From IMG/VR virus record IMGVR_UViG_3300023179_000074, positions 14,320-78,319 of that record: a DNA stretch of 64,000 nt. The stretch is one strand, 5' to 3'. Made by a program: the position numbers and the translations under genes. The notes beneath the pieces were generated by a model. That model saw only the letters and a program-made list of their open reading frames with translations. It had not been told where the DNA came from and did not search any database. This DNA comes from a virus. Of the stretch, positions 39,078 to 47,787 are shown in pieces. Within the stretch, counting starts at the first letter, position 1. Each line of letters opens with the position of its first letter.

Positions 39078-39808
39078 TAATTTGATAATGCAGATATAAG
39101 AAATTTAAATTTAGAATTATCTAAGTTTAAATCAAACGTAAGCACCCCCATCTTAGTAATAAGATTAGCTGATATATCCTTAAACCTCATAGAAGAAATT
39201 ATTCTAAATATCTCAAAATTCAAGGGTATAGGTAATGCGACCTGTGTTCCGGTATAATTTTCTGAAATTTGAATCCCATAAGAATCAACATTACTTCTAG
39301 TTTTATCGGTTAATTCACCGAATACTGTGCTATCTTTAACAGAGATGTACAGCTTATTTGAGTCTGTACTGATTGTACTGCCTTTTATTAAATTAATAAC
39401 AGCGGAATGAGATAATGTAAATTGACCATCAAAAACGAGGGAATTTAATTTATCAAGATTTACTTTTGGTGTGTTTATAATATTATCGTCATATAAATGA
39501 TATTTAAATCTTAAGGAGGAAGAATTAAAATTAATATTATTAGACGAAATATCTAAGGAAAGATCACTATGTTCAACACATTGTAAGACGCGGTTAAGTT
39601 TTTTAAGATCTGGAATATTTAAAATTTTTTCAACATCTATATTTTCATCAGAATAATTAGCACTTATAATAATTGTATTATCTGAAGTAGAAACTAAACA
39701 ACTTATACTTCCTTTAGTAAGTTTTAATACAGCGCTATCTGTAACTTTACTTAGAGGGCCGATAAAATTATTTAAAAATTTATCTTTATCGGTAATGCGC
39801 AGTATCAT
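39077..39808 (-). CDS. DNA polymerase sliding clamp (gp45-like)
   Basis: 243 aa, LNIPDLKKL..VL and FKYHLYD..II patterns; lies in the replication module. Confidence 0.65.
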   Translation of the reverse strand: MILRITDKDKFLNNFIGPLSKVTDSAVLKLTKGSISCLVSTSDNTIIISANYSDENIDVEKILNIPDLKKLNRVLQCVEHSDLSLDISSNNINFNSSSLRFKYHLYDDNIINTPKVNLDKLNSLVFDGQFTLSHSAVINLIKGSTISTDSNKLYISVKDSTVFGELTDKTRSNVDSYGIQISENYTGTQVALPIPLNFEIFRIISSMRFKDISANLITKMGVLTFDLNLDNSKFKFLISALSN

Positions 39809-39838
39809 TTCATTATAATAATATGAAATAATTAATAA

Positions 39839-40240
39839 TCAATTGTTTTTTAAAGATTCAATAATTTTATTTAATTTTGAATCTATAGAATCTAATCTAT
39901 TAAAAATAGTATCTAAATCGGTTTGCTTAAAATTAAATTCAAGCTGATCAGGATTATAATTATTTGTTTCTTGAGATACTATCTGTGGGGGAGAGGATTG
40001 TACGGCAATAGGCGGGCTATGATGTATGTTTATACCTGCGTTTACTGTATTGGCATTACTTCTACTTGGCGAAATCGTATTAATGACTCTTACAGGATCT
40101 AAAGTCATACCTTGAAGAGTTTGGTTTTGACTGATGATGTTTTTATTAAGTTCTTTTAAATCGCCAGTCAAATGTTGACCCATAAACTGCAAAGCAAAAA
40201 GCTTTGCCTCTTCAGGTGAGACGTCCCTAAAAGTATCCAT
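39839..40240 (-). CDS. Hypothetical protein
   Basis: ORF between ssb and the clamp; C-terminal coiled coil. Confidence 0.55.
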   Translation of the reverse strand: MDTFRDVSPEEAKLFALQFMGQHLTGDLKELNKNIISQNQTLQGMTLDPVRVINTISPSRSNANTVNAGINIHHSPPIAVQSSPPQIVSQETNNYNPDQLEFNFKQTDLDTIFNRLDSIDSKLNKIIESLKNN

Positions 40241-40242
40241 TA

Positions 40243-41085
40243 TTACAGATCTTTTAACAATTCATCTATACTCTCATCTTCAGTAGATGGTTTAGATGTC
40301 TTGTTTGCCTTAACCTCAACAACAGGTACAGGAGCGGATGTCTTAGCGGGAATTTCCTCAATATCATCTGCATCCTTAGTACCGTGATAATGTGTGTCAA
40401 GCAAATCCTTTAATTCCTCATATCCTTTTACAGTAATGTAAGACTCGAGATCAAAAATACTGGAGTAAAGCTTCTTAATACTATCTGCATCCAGATTTTC
40501 AATTTCTTTAGGAGTAGTAAATTTTGAAGAGACGTAGGTTGGATAATCGCCTTGCTTTTCTACCTTAATCTTTAAGCTACAGCCTTTAGGAGATAAATCA
40601 AAAATTCTCGGACCAAGCTCAGAAGCTTCCTCGCCTTCAATAGCATCCATAATAATCTTATGGAGCTGCCTTCCGAATCTTAGAATTTTAATCTTATTAT
40701 TGTTATCAGAATTAACTGGGTCATTAACTACATAGACATTTACCAGCCAATTTTCCCTACGAATAATTGCAGAGGCTTTTTTCTTTTCCTCTTCAGTACC
40801 GTTACGCAAAATACGATAACGTTCCTCAGCAATAGGGTCCCTCTGATTCCACGTAGTAGGGCTAACGGCCGTAATTAACTTACCAGTAGTAAAACTATTC
40901 CAACCATAATTATAATAATGGAAAAACGTCTTAGAGGGATCCTTAATATTGGGCAACAAACGAACTGTATAGGTATTGCCGGGTTCAGTCCTAATATAAT
41001 CTTTTAGCTTAGACGGGCCGGATTCGTTTTCCTTAGTCAAAGCGCTCTTAATACTCTCAAACATCGATGTGGTAAATGTACTCAT
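40243..41085 (-). CDS. Single-stranded DNA-binding protein gp32
   Basis: TVRLLP, NVYVVNDP, YPTYVSSKF, acidic tail DESIDELLKDL. Confidence 0.88.
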   Translation of the reverse strand: MSTFTTSMFESIKSALTKENESGPSKLKDYIRTEPGNTYTVRLLPNIKDPSKTFFHYYNYGWNSFTTGKLITAVSPTTWNQRDPIAEERYRILRNGTEEEKKKASAIIRRENWLVNVYVVNDPVNSDNNNKIKILRFGRQLHKIIMDAIEGEEASELGPRIFDLSPKGCSLKIKVEKQGDYPTYVSSKFTTPKEIENLDADSIKKLYSSIFDLESYITVKGYEELKDLLDTHYHGTKDADDIEEIPAKTSAPVPVVEVKANKTSKPSTEDESIDELLKDL

Positions 41086-41091
41086 ATTTTT

Positions 41092-41119
41092 ATTATACTT
41101 GAAAATATCTAACGTTCAA
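41092..41119 (-). promoter_or_regulatory. Sigma70-type early/middle promoter of gp32
   Basis: TTGAAC-N16-TATAAT-N6-ATG. Confidence 0.8.
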
Positions 41120-41780
41120 CTATTTTTTTAGATATTTTTTGCAACCCTAATGTAACGAGGTTTAATGCTCGTTTAGAATTTAAAAACTTTGTCTTAAAGA
41201 CAAAAAAATTATTATAAAAATCTTCTCCTATAATAAATTTTAAGACTTCCGAATCTTTAGATTTTATGATAGAATCTATTCCGCTAAATCCAAATAAAAT
41301 ATAAACAGAAATTTTTCTATCTCTTAAATGTAAAATAAAAGAATATTCATTATTTGTCCTGTGGTTTAAATATTGATTAATCTGTATATTATATTTTTTG
41401 CAAAAGTTATATATAAAAACGATTGACTCTTTTATAAACTTTATTTGTTCGGGGTTATCAGGGTCTGTCATAGCTAATTGCTTTTGAGTCAAGGTATAAG
41501 CTTTAGTTGCTTTTAAAGAAGTATAAAATTCGAGAGGAAAAAATGTCTCGTCTTTGTATAATCGGTAGGGAGCAGAAAAAAAATCTTCTATTTTTATATT
41601 AGGAAATCTTTTAAAAAAAGAAGATAAGCGCTTAAGAGAAACAAAAATATTTTCATCTAGCTTAGTGAAATCTTTTCTTAATTTAAAAGGTGTATTTTTT
41701 GCGCTTCTAGTTACTTTTAAAAACGAATTATAAATGTGTTTGTCAAATTCAGTTATCACTACTTTTAATAAAACTTCCAT
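41109..41780 (-). CDS. Hypothetical protein, possibly helicase loader gp59-like
   Basis: Size and position upstream of gp32 as in T4; probable true start GTG 41759. Confidence 0.35.
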   Translation of the reverse strand: MEVLLKVVITEFDKHIYNSFLKVTRSAKNTPFKLRKDFTKLDENIFVSLKRLSSFFKRFPNIKIEDFFSAPYRLYKDETFFPLEFYTSLKATKAYTLTQKQLAMTDPDNPEQIKFIKESIVFIYNFCKKYNIQINQYLNHRTNNEYSFILHLRDRKISVYILFGFSGIDSIIKSKDSEVLKFIIGEDFYNNFFVFKTKFLNSKRALNLVTLGLQKISKKIVER

Positions 41781-41977
41781 TTATTTCTAGTTACTTCTTT
41801 TTTAAATTTTTTAAACGCGCTAGGCTTTAAATACCGTCTCTTAAGTCTAACTTCATCTAAAATACCAGATTTAAGAACTTCAGAGCTAAATTTTCTGTAA
41901 GCCTTATCAAAATAAGTCTTATCAGTACTTTTCTTTTTGTCAAGATTAACCACGACATTAGTTGTATAATTTCTCAA
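41765..41977 (-). CDS. rpsU: Ribosomal protein bS21 homologue
   Basis: FDKAYRKFSSEVLKSGILDEVRLKRRYLKPSAFKKFKK matches the bS21 pattern (ALRRFK..v.k.Gil.e.r.r..YeKPS); 70 aa, basic. Confidence 0.8.
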   Translation of the reverse strand: MRNYTTNVVVNLDKKKSTDKTYFDKAYRKFSSEVLKSGILDEVRLKRRYLKPSAFKKFKKEVTRNKWKFY

Positions 41978-42258
41978 AATAATTTTCCTTTCTTACTGTT
42001 TAAAAATTTCATTATATACTTACTTTTATAAAGGCTAGAGTCAAACTGAAGAAAAAATTTTATTGCAGAGTAATCATTTTTAAAATCACAGTAGTTTTTA
42101 AAAAGATCTCTAACATTATTGTCTTTAAGCAAGCAAATAAAAACATTTGCTAAGTTAAGCTTTTTTGTATTGTTTAATGAGACGAATGAACAAAAGGAAA
42201 GAAATAAGTGTGTTTGTTCAAAGCTTGTAATATGCTCGGCTGGGTCAAAACCTCTCAC
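41974..42258 (-). CDS. Hypothetical protein
   Basis: 4-nt overlap with the bS21 gene. Confidence 0.55.
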   Translation of the reverse strand: MRGFDPAEHITSFEQTHLFLSFCSFVSLNNTKKLNLANVFICLLKDNNVRDLFKNYCDFKNDYSAIKFFLQFDSSLYKSKYIMKFLNSKKGKLF

Positions 42259-42312
42259 TAAATCTAATTATTAAATAATTTATATAAATCAATCAGATTA
42301 AAGTTTTTAATA

Positions 42313-43635
42313 CTAGATTGATAGCTTAGTTAGAGTATTTACTGTGCTAGCGCTTCCCTCTGTATCGTTAGTATGCTCATCTTCGTAAATTGTTAATGTA
42401 GAGTAATCTATTCTCATAGAACAATATCCATAATTAGGACCAAATCTATTCTTCATCATCCCCATCTTAATAACTCCAAGTTCTTTATCTGTATCTTCTT
42501 GCCATATGCTTAAAATAACGTCACCTGTCATAGCAAGTCCCATACTTTCAGAAATAGTCTTAAGACCTGGATCAGTGATGTCGTAGCCTTCTCTATTTAA
42601 TTGCGTAGCAGATATAACCGGGCAATTAAAAAAATAAGAAAGAGCTCGTAATTGTTCTGTACAGTTTTTAATTCTTTCGTAACTCGTGTCACCGATAGAG
42701 GAATAAAGAAGATTTACATAATCTAATACGATTGCATCGATTTTAATACCTTTCTGAGTAAGTTTTTTAATAAACGCCTTAAGATTATTAACACTTATAG
42801 AAGCGGGAGGAAACTCTTTAATAATAATTTTAGAATTTGGATTTTCGACGCAATATTCAGTAATCTGAGTCTTAAGAGTGTCCGATTCAATCTTTAATTG
42901 AGAAAGTGGAATCTTAGATACAGTAGAGCAAAGTCTTTTTGCATAGACTATCTCAGGCATTTCTAATGTTACTAGCAAAACTGTTTTACCTTGATCTGCA
43001 ATATTAATAGCGACGTTTCCTAGGAAAATACTTTTTCCAATGTTGGTTTCACCGGCAAACAAATAAAGCGCTCTACCACTTTCCATAAAGCCGCCACCTA
43101 TTTTATCATCCAACCACTTCCACTTCGAAGAAATATATTTCTCAGTAGAGTTTAAATCTGAAATAACTTTATCTACATCGGTGTACAAATCTAATCCAGT
43201 ATTCGTTACTAACGATATACCGCAAGCTTTTTCAAATTTATCAAGAATTTTTGCTGTATCTAGCGTCTCTTTATTTAAATCCTCCACCACATCCATCATA
43301 GTATGATATACGGCTTTTTCTTTTAAAAAGATTTCCGTGTTTGTTTGAAGTTCGTCGTTATTTAAGTTTTTATCAATGCCATTAAACATATTAACAACAG
43401 TCTTTAAAGAATTTTTTAATTCATCTGTAGTTAAATATGTTTTAATTTCAGTTATTGTTGGTTTTGTCCCTCTTTTTTCGTAAAAATCTCTTATAATAGC
43501 AAAAAGACTTTTTATATCTTTGTTTTTGAAGTAAACTGGCTTTATATAGTCAACGATAGAACCGAGATAAGTATCATCAGTAAGGCTTTTATATGCAATT
43601 ATAATTTCAAAATAATCTAAATCTAACTTCTGCAT
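42313..43635 (-). CDS. Replicative helicase gp41 (DnaB-like)
   Basis: GETNIGKS, TLEM, IVLDYVNL, SATQLNR, SESMG, KNRFG. Confidence 0.95.
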   Translation of the reverse strand: MQKLDLDYFEIIIAYKSLTDDTYLGSIVDYIKPVYFKNKDIKSLFAIIRDFYEKRGTKPTITEIKTYLTTDELKNSLKTVVNMFNGIDKNLNNDELQTNTEIFLKEKAVYHTMMDVVEDLNKETLDTAKILDKFEKACGISLVTNTGLDLYTDVDKVISDLNSTEKYISSKWKWLDDKIGGGFMESGRALYLFAGETNIGKSIFLGNVAINIADQGKTVLLVTLEMPEIVYAKRLCSTVSKIPLSQLKIESDTLKTQITEYCVENPNSKIIIKEFPPASISVNNLKAFIKKLTQKGIKIDAIVLDYVNLLYSSIGDTSYERIKNCTEQLRALSYFFNCPVISATQLNREGYDITDPGLKTISESMGLAMTGDVILSIWQEDTDKELGVIKMGMMKNRFGPNYGYCSMRIDYSTLTIYEDEHTNDTEGSASTVNTLTKLSI

Positions 43636-43647
43636 TTTGTAATTATA

Positions 43648-44313
43648 CTATAAGTTAGAGTAATTTCTAATAAATTTTTCTTGGCTTTGTAAAAAAGTCT
43701 TGTCATTTAAATTTAAGAGACCTGGTGATTTATGAATTACATGTATAGGATACACTCCAAGCTTTAACTTTTTAAAATTAGCATCAATAGAGCTAGCAAT
43801 ATCATAATGATGAAAAGTGTAGTCCTCGTTGAACTCCCAACCGCTATTAACAATAGCTTTTGTTGAAACGCTTAAAAATAATCCGTCTAAAATAGTTACA
43901 CGGCTAGGCGTAAGCCCAAAATTTGTAACAAAATATTGTTCGGTGTTTGCATAGTGTGCAACAAACCCCCTTAAGTTAGGACCGAACCCACCGCACATTA
44001 AATGCCATAATGCTGGTTCTTTAACAACAGGGTTAATACCACCTGCAAGACCAACAATATCATATAACCTATGGGCGGTAACTAACTTTTCACAAATATT
44101 ATAATCATCTACAAATACATCATCATGTAAAAAAATAATATAATCAAAATTATTAGAATTTTTATTTAAAAATTCATTGTATTTTTTACTAAGACCCTCT
44201 TTATTATTGCAAGAATAAAAAATTTTACCCGGGCTTATCTTACTTAAAGATTTAAATGCAAGAGTATTGTCTGGCTTATTTTCTTTAGTACAAAAGTAAA
44301 AAGCAAATTTCAT
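43648..44313 (-). CDS. GT2-like (GT-A fold) glycosyltransferase
   Basis: IIFLHDDV, ILDGLFL, FHHYDI, HKSPG. Confidence 0.7.
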   Translation of the reverse strand: MKFAFYFCTKENKPDNTLAFKSLSKISPGKIFYSCNNKEGLSKKYNEFLNKNSNNFDYIIFLHDDVFVDDYNICEKLVTAHRLYDIVGLAGGINPVVKEPALWHLMCGGFGPNLRGFVAHYANTEQYFVTNFGLTPSRVTILDGLFLSVSTKAIVNSGWEFNEDYTFHHYDIASSIDANFKKLKLGVYPIHVIHKSPGLLNLNDKTFLQSQEKFIRNYSNL

Positions 44314-44990
44314 TAAAAAAACGGTGAGTTGGTTTTAAACTTACCTACAGATGTAATGCCTTCAGGCGTTAAGTAATACAGAAGTCCTTCCTCTAAAGGA
44401 ACAAAATCCTGTTCTTTTAGTGAAGAAAATTCATTGTTTAGGAAATCTGCATAAATTGTACTTCCACTTCTTGCAATATATACATGTGCATTTTTTTGAT
44501 TATAAATCCATAGCCCAAATGTACCTTCAAGTAAAGATAGCGCTTTACATATACCGAGTATTTCATCACCGTGTTCTTTAACGGAATTAAAAATTAGTGG
44601 TGGTATCACAGATGAATCTACAGTATTAAATGACTTTTTATCTGTTATTGTTTTCTTTAAAATTTTATCATTTGTAAGTACCCCGTTGTGTGCTATAATC
44701 CAATTTTTATATTGAAATGGATGTGTTGTGTTAGGGGAAAACTCTCTTTTTGATGACGTTGGGGCTTGTGTATGGCCTAAAAAATAATTAAAATCTGTAA
44801 TACTTTTTTTACTTTTTCCATATTCTATAATAAGTTTTTTGGAGAGCTTTACTACATTTGGGCTTTTTAAAATAGCATGTACTTTGGTGTTAATTAGTAA
44901 TCCCCCGTAAGAAAACGTACCTCTTTTCTTATTACTATCATAAAGCTTTACGTATCTTGTAAAGTCTTTAGCGCCAAATATTCCGCAAAT
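44313..44990 (-). CDS. Class II (Ntn) glutamine amidotransferase, 225 aa, with non-canonical ATT start
   Basis: Open frame (M)CGIFGA...KRGTFSYG...GHTQAPT...HPF...AHNGVL...VDSSVIP...LEGTFG; no in-frame ATG/GTG/TTG between the Cys codon and the upstream stop; AAGGAGG 8 nt before ATT. Confidence 0.85.
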   Translation of the reverse strand: MCGIFGAKDFTRYVKLYDSNKKRGTFSYGGLLINTKVHAILKSPNVVKLSKKLIIEYGKSKKSITDFNYFLGHTQAPTSSKREFSPNTTHPFQYKNWIIAHNGVLTNDKILKKTITDKKSFNTVDSSVIPPLIFNSVKEHGDEILGICKALSLLEGTFGLWIYNQKNAHVYIARSGSTIYADFLNNEFSSLKEQDFVPLEEGLLYYLTPEGITSVGKFKTNSPFF

Positions 44991-44998
44991 ATTATAAA

Positions 44999-45037
44999 CC
45001 TCCTTAATTATTATATTACAAAGAATAAATAATTCAA
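44999..45037 (-). promoter_or_regulatory. Sigma70-type promoter (TTGAAT-N16-TATAAT) plus perfect Shine-Dalgarno AAGGAGG
   Basis: -35 at 45032-45037, -10 at 45010-45015, SD at 44999-45005. Confidence 0.75.
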
Positions 45038-45038
45038 G

Positions 45039-45923
45039 ATGAATAAGGATACAAAGCTTATATTCGAGGCTTATTTAAATAAAAAAATTGTCACGGAAGC
45101 TCCTATCTATGCTGATGATTTAGGGTTAACAGGAGATATTGAGAAGTCCCCAGGTAAGGGCTATGGAATTGGCAAAGTAGCTGCTAAAACAGGCAAGTCG
45201 ATGACAGAAGTCGCTAATAATTTATTAAAAGTAATACAAACTAAACTTTTTAAGCCTGAACCGCATACTGTAGATGGAAAAGAGTATTCTTTATATTACC
45301 CTGGGTCAAAATTAAAGTTTAGAGCAGAATTAGAAAATTTAATTAAGAATGAGCTTAAATTAGGTACTACAGAGGCAAGATATACGGCTAGAGTTGTTGA
45401 TAATTTATTGAACGTAACGCGTGTAGATGCAGATGGCGGTACAGCCGCGACACCCGTTGATGTTAAAAAAGCTGTGGTTGCGGGGGTACAAGGTAAAGCT
45501 ATTACTCCGGGTTCAGAAGCCCCGGTAGCAGCGCCCGCTAATAATGTATTTGTAAAAAATCCTAACGTTAGGTTTATTAAGGAATGGATGCCTATTTTTG
45601 TTGAGCTTCCTGATGAAATAACGTATACGGGTTCTGATTTTTACGATTCTAAAGAATTGCGTAATGAGGTTGTAGAAGCTATAACTCGTGCATTTGATGA
45701 GAATGCGGCTAAAGACAAAGAAATGATTCAGGATTTTATTGATTCATTGAAATTTAAAAATAGCTACACACCGGCTAGTGAGAAAAAAGAAGGTGAAGGT
45801 ACTGGTGAAGAACCTACGATTGAAGAATACCCAGAAGAAGATGAGCCTACATCAATAGCTCGTGAATTAGGATATAAGGGGGGAAGAAGTTTTGACGAAT
45901 TTGATAAATACAGTACTATTTAA
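45039..45923 (+). CDS. Late hypothetical protein, possibly an internal head protein
   Basis: TAAATA-N7-ATG; N-terminus MNKDTKLIFEAY...VTEA; acidic C-terminus. Confidence 0.55.
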   Translation: MNKDTKLIFEAYLNKKIVTEAPIYADDLGLTGDIEKSPGKGYGIGKVAAKTGKSMTEVANNLLKVIQTKLFKPEPHTVDGKEYSLYYPGSKLKFRAELENLIKNELKLGTTEARYTARVVDNLLNVTRVDADGGTAATPVDVKKAVVAGVQGKAITPGSEAPVAAPANNVFVKNPNVRFIKEWMPIFVELPDEITYTGSDFYDSKELRNEVVEAITRAFDENAAKDKEMIQDFIDSLKFKNSYTPASEKKEGEGTGEEPTIEEYPEEDEPTSIARELGYKGGRSFDEFDKYSTI

Positions 45924-46660
45924 TTAATTAGTTTGCAGTTGTATTTTTCCCAAGGTATTGCAATTCTATAAGGCAATGGGTCTATAAAACCGGCATCTAT
46001 GAAGCCTTTTATCCTCAAAGAGCATGCAGTACATTCACCACAAGCGATTTCTTCTCCCTCATAACAAGTCCAGGTCTGGCTAAAATTAACCCCGAGCTTT
46101 ACCCCGAGTTTAATGATTTCCGCTTTAGATTTATCAATTAACGGTGCTTGAACTGTAATTCTGTTTCTTCTGTTAAGCGATGACACTTTATTAATTTGCT
46201 CTAAAAATTCATCACTTCCATCCCAAAAGCCTGCAACGCTATCAGCTTGCGCGGCTCCATGAAAAACAGTGCTAGCTCCGTAGTTTTCTGCTATTGCGAG
46301 GGAAATACTAAGCAGCATTAGGTTCCTATATGGAACGTAGTTAACCGTCTGCGGATCACCCATCACATCTTTAGCCTTAGCAACTGCAACCTTGTTATTA
46401 AGGAGTGAAGAAACCTGACAAATATCTCTAAAAAAAGGTAATTTTAAGTGTAAACTATCAACCGGCATATCAAGCGATTCAATTTGAAATGAAGCGCAAT
46501 TTATTTCTTTATCACGATGCTTCTGCCCGTAATCATAATTAACTGAAATTATTTTATCATACCTACTTGCAGCTAAGTGTAACAGTACAGAGCTATCCAT
46601 TCCCCCAGAGATGGGGACTACTACTTTACTCGACGGGCTCTTCTTCAGTTTGCGCTTCAT
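45920..46660 (-). CDS. queC: 7-cyano-7-deazaguanine synthase QueC
   Basis: SGGMDSS PP-loop, DYGQKH, YVPYRN, TWTCY...CGECTACSLR zinc site. Confidence 0.9.
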   Translation of the reverse strand: MKRKLKKSPSSKVVVPISGGMDSSVLLHLAASRYDKIISVNYDYGQKHRDKEINCASFQIESLDMPVDSLHLKLPFFRDICQVSSLLNNKVAVAKAKDVMGDPQTVNYVPYRNLMLLSISLAIAENYGASTVFHGAAQADSVAGFWDGSDEFLEQINKVSSLNRRNRITVQAPLIDKSKAEIIKLGVKLGVNFSQTWTCYEGEEIACGECTACSLRIKGFIDAGFIDPLPYRIAIPWEKYNCKLIN

Positions 46661-47747
46661 TTGCGTTATATTTGTATTCCTCTGCTAAGCGCTTGTCGAG
46701 TTCCGGAATAATAAATTCCTCGTAAAAAGCGGGGTCTTTTGCAAAGGTCTTTGCATAACCCAGTTTATCACCTTTCTTATACTTACCACTAGTAACACCA
46801 ACAGTATAGGTAGCTCCGTTTTGCTCAATAATACCTCTTGCAGCTGCCATACCAAGAAGACCACTATACTTGTTAAGACCGGTTTTAAAGGAAAGATACA
46901 TTTCAGTCTCTAAAAACGGTGGGAGAAAGCGGTTCTTTACAGTCAATGCGCGAAGAGTTGTACCGCTATACTTATTTGCTTCAGCGAGCTTTTTATCCTC
47001 AACATCCATAGAATCGCCTTCGCCTTCCTTTTCATGGCGCTTAGCAAGCTGTACAAGAATACTCGCCATATATACAGGTCCAGAGCCTCCAGCTTGGTTT
47101 TTTACTAGACTCGGGAACATTGCAGCCGGGTCATCATAGGTGTGGTTAGTAAAAAGAATTGTTACTCCTGCTTTAGCAGCTTTAAACGTGAGAGTACGAA
47201 ACATACTCTTTAAAGATTTAGCACGTAAACCCATATCTGCGGCAGATTTATCCTTAGCAACGTCATCAAGCTCTTTTTGCGAGGCAAGATTACCCAAACT
47301 ATCAATACTTAAAATAAATTTACCTTTAGCGTTATTTTCAATAATACTATCTAATAAAGCACTAATTTGATTGCGACACTGATCTATAGTATCAACTGGT
47401 ACATATTTTACTGTTTCCGGGTCCAACCCAACGCCTTTAGTGCTATTTTCATCAATGGCAATTTCAGTATCAAATATAACAGGTGTAAGTCCCTTCTTCT
47501 GAGCTGTAGCTAAAATTTTATTAACTATAAATGTTTTACCGGTCTGACTAGGTCCAGAAAAACCTATTATTCTCCCTTTAGGAACGCCACCATTGCGGCA
47601 ACTCCCACCGAGTATAGCGTTAAGAGCGTAGCATCCAGTATCAAACCACTCATCAACTTTACTAAGTGCATTTTCTTTTAAAAAAGTAGCTTCAGAATTT
47701 AATTTATCTAAAGACGCAAATATCTTATTAAGATCTTTATTACTCAT
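46626..47747 (-). CDS. uvsX: RecA-like recombinase UvsX
   Basis: DTGCYALNAILGG, GPSQTGKT, FDTE, IDSLGNL, KNRF. Confidence 0.9.
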   Translation of the reverse strand: MSNKDLNKIFASLDKLNSEATFLKENALSKVDEWFDTGCYALNAILGGSCRNGGVPKGRIIGFSGPSQTGKTFIVNKILATAQKKGLTPVIFDTEIAIDENSTKGVGLDPETVKYVPVDTIDQCRNQISALLDSIIENNAKGKFILSIDSLGNLASQKELDDVAKDKSAADMGLRAKSLKSMFRTLTFKAAKAGVTILFTNHTYDDPAAMFPSLVKNQAGGSGPVYMASILVQLAKRHEKEGEGDSMDVEDKKLAEANKYSGTTLRALTVKNRFLPPFLETEMYLSFKTGLNKYSGLLGMAAARGIIEQNGATYTVGVTSGKYKKGDKLGYAKTFAKDPAFYEEFIIPELDKRLAEEYKYNANEAQTEEEPVE

Positions 47748-47753
47748 AAGCTT

Positions 47754-47781
47754 ATTATACGAACTTTGAGAAAAAAATCAA
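47754..47781 (-). promoter_or_regulatory. Sigma70-type promoter of uvsX
   Basis: TTGATT-N16-TATAAT-N6-ATG. Confidence 0.8.
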
Positions 47782-47787
47782 TAAAAA

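Noticed and set aside
44313-44609. 98-aa ORF from the track, or a pseudogene call for this locus
   Set aside because: The frame is open and motif-complete up to 44990; the short call is an artefact of the ATT start
44313-46660. QatABCD or type IV CBASS defence system
   Set aside because: No P-loop QatA, TatD or CD-NTase nearby; the QueC looks canonical in size and motifs
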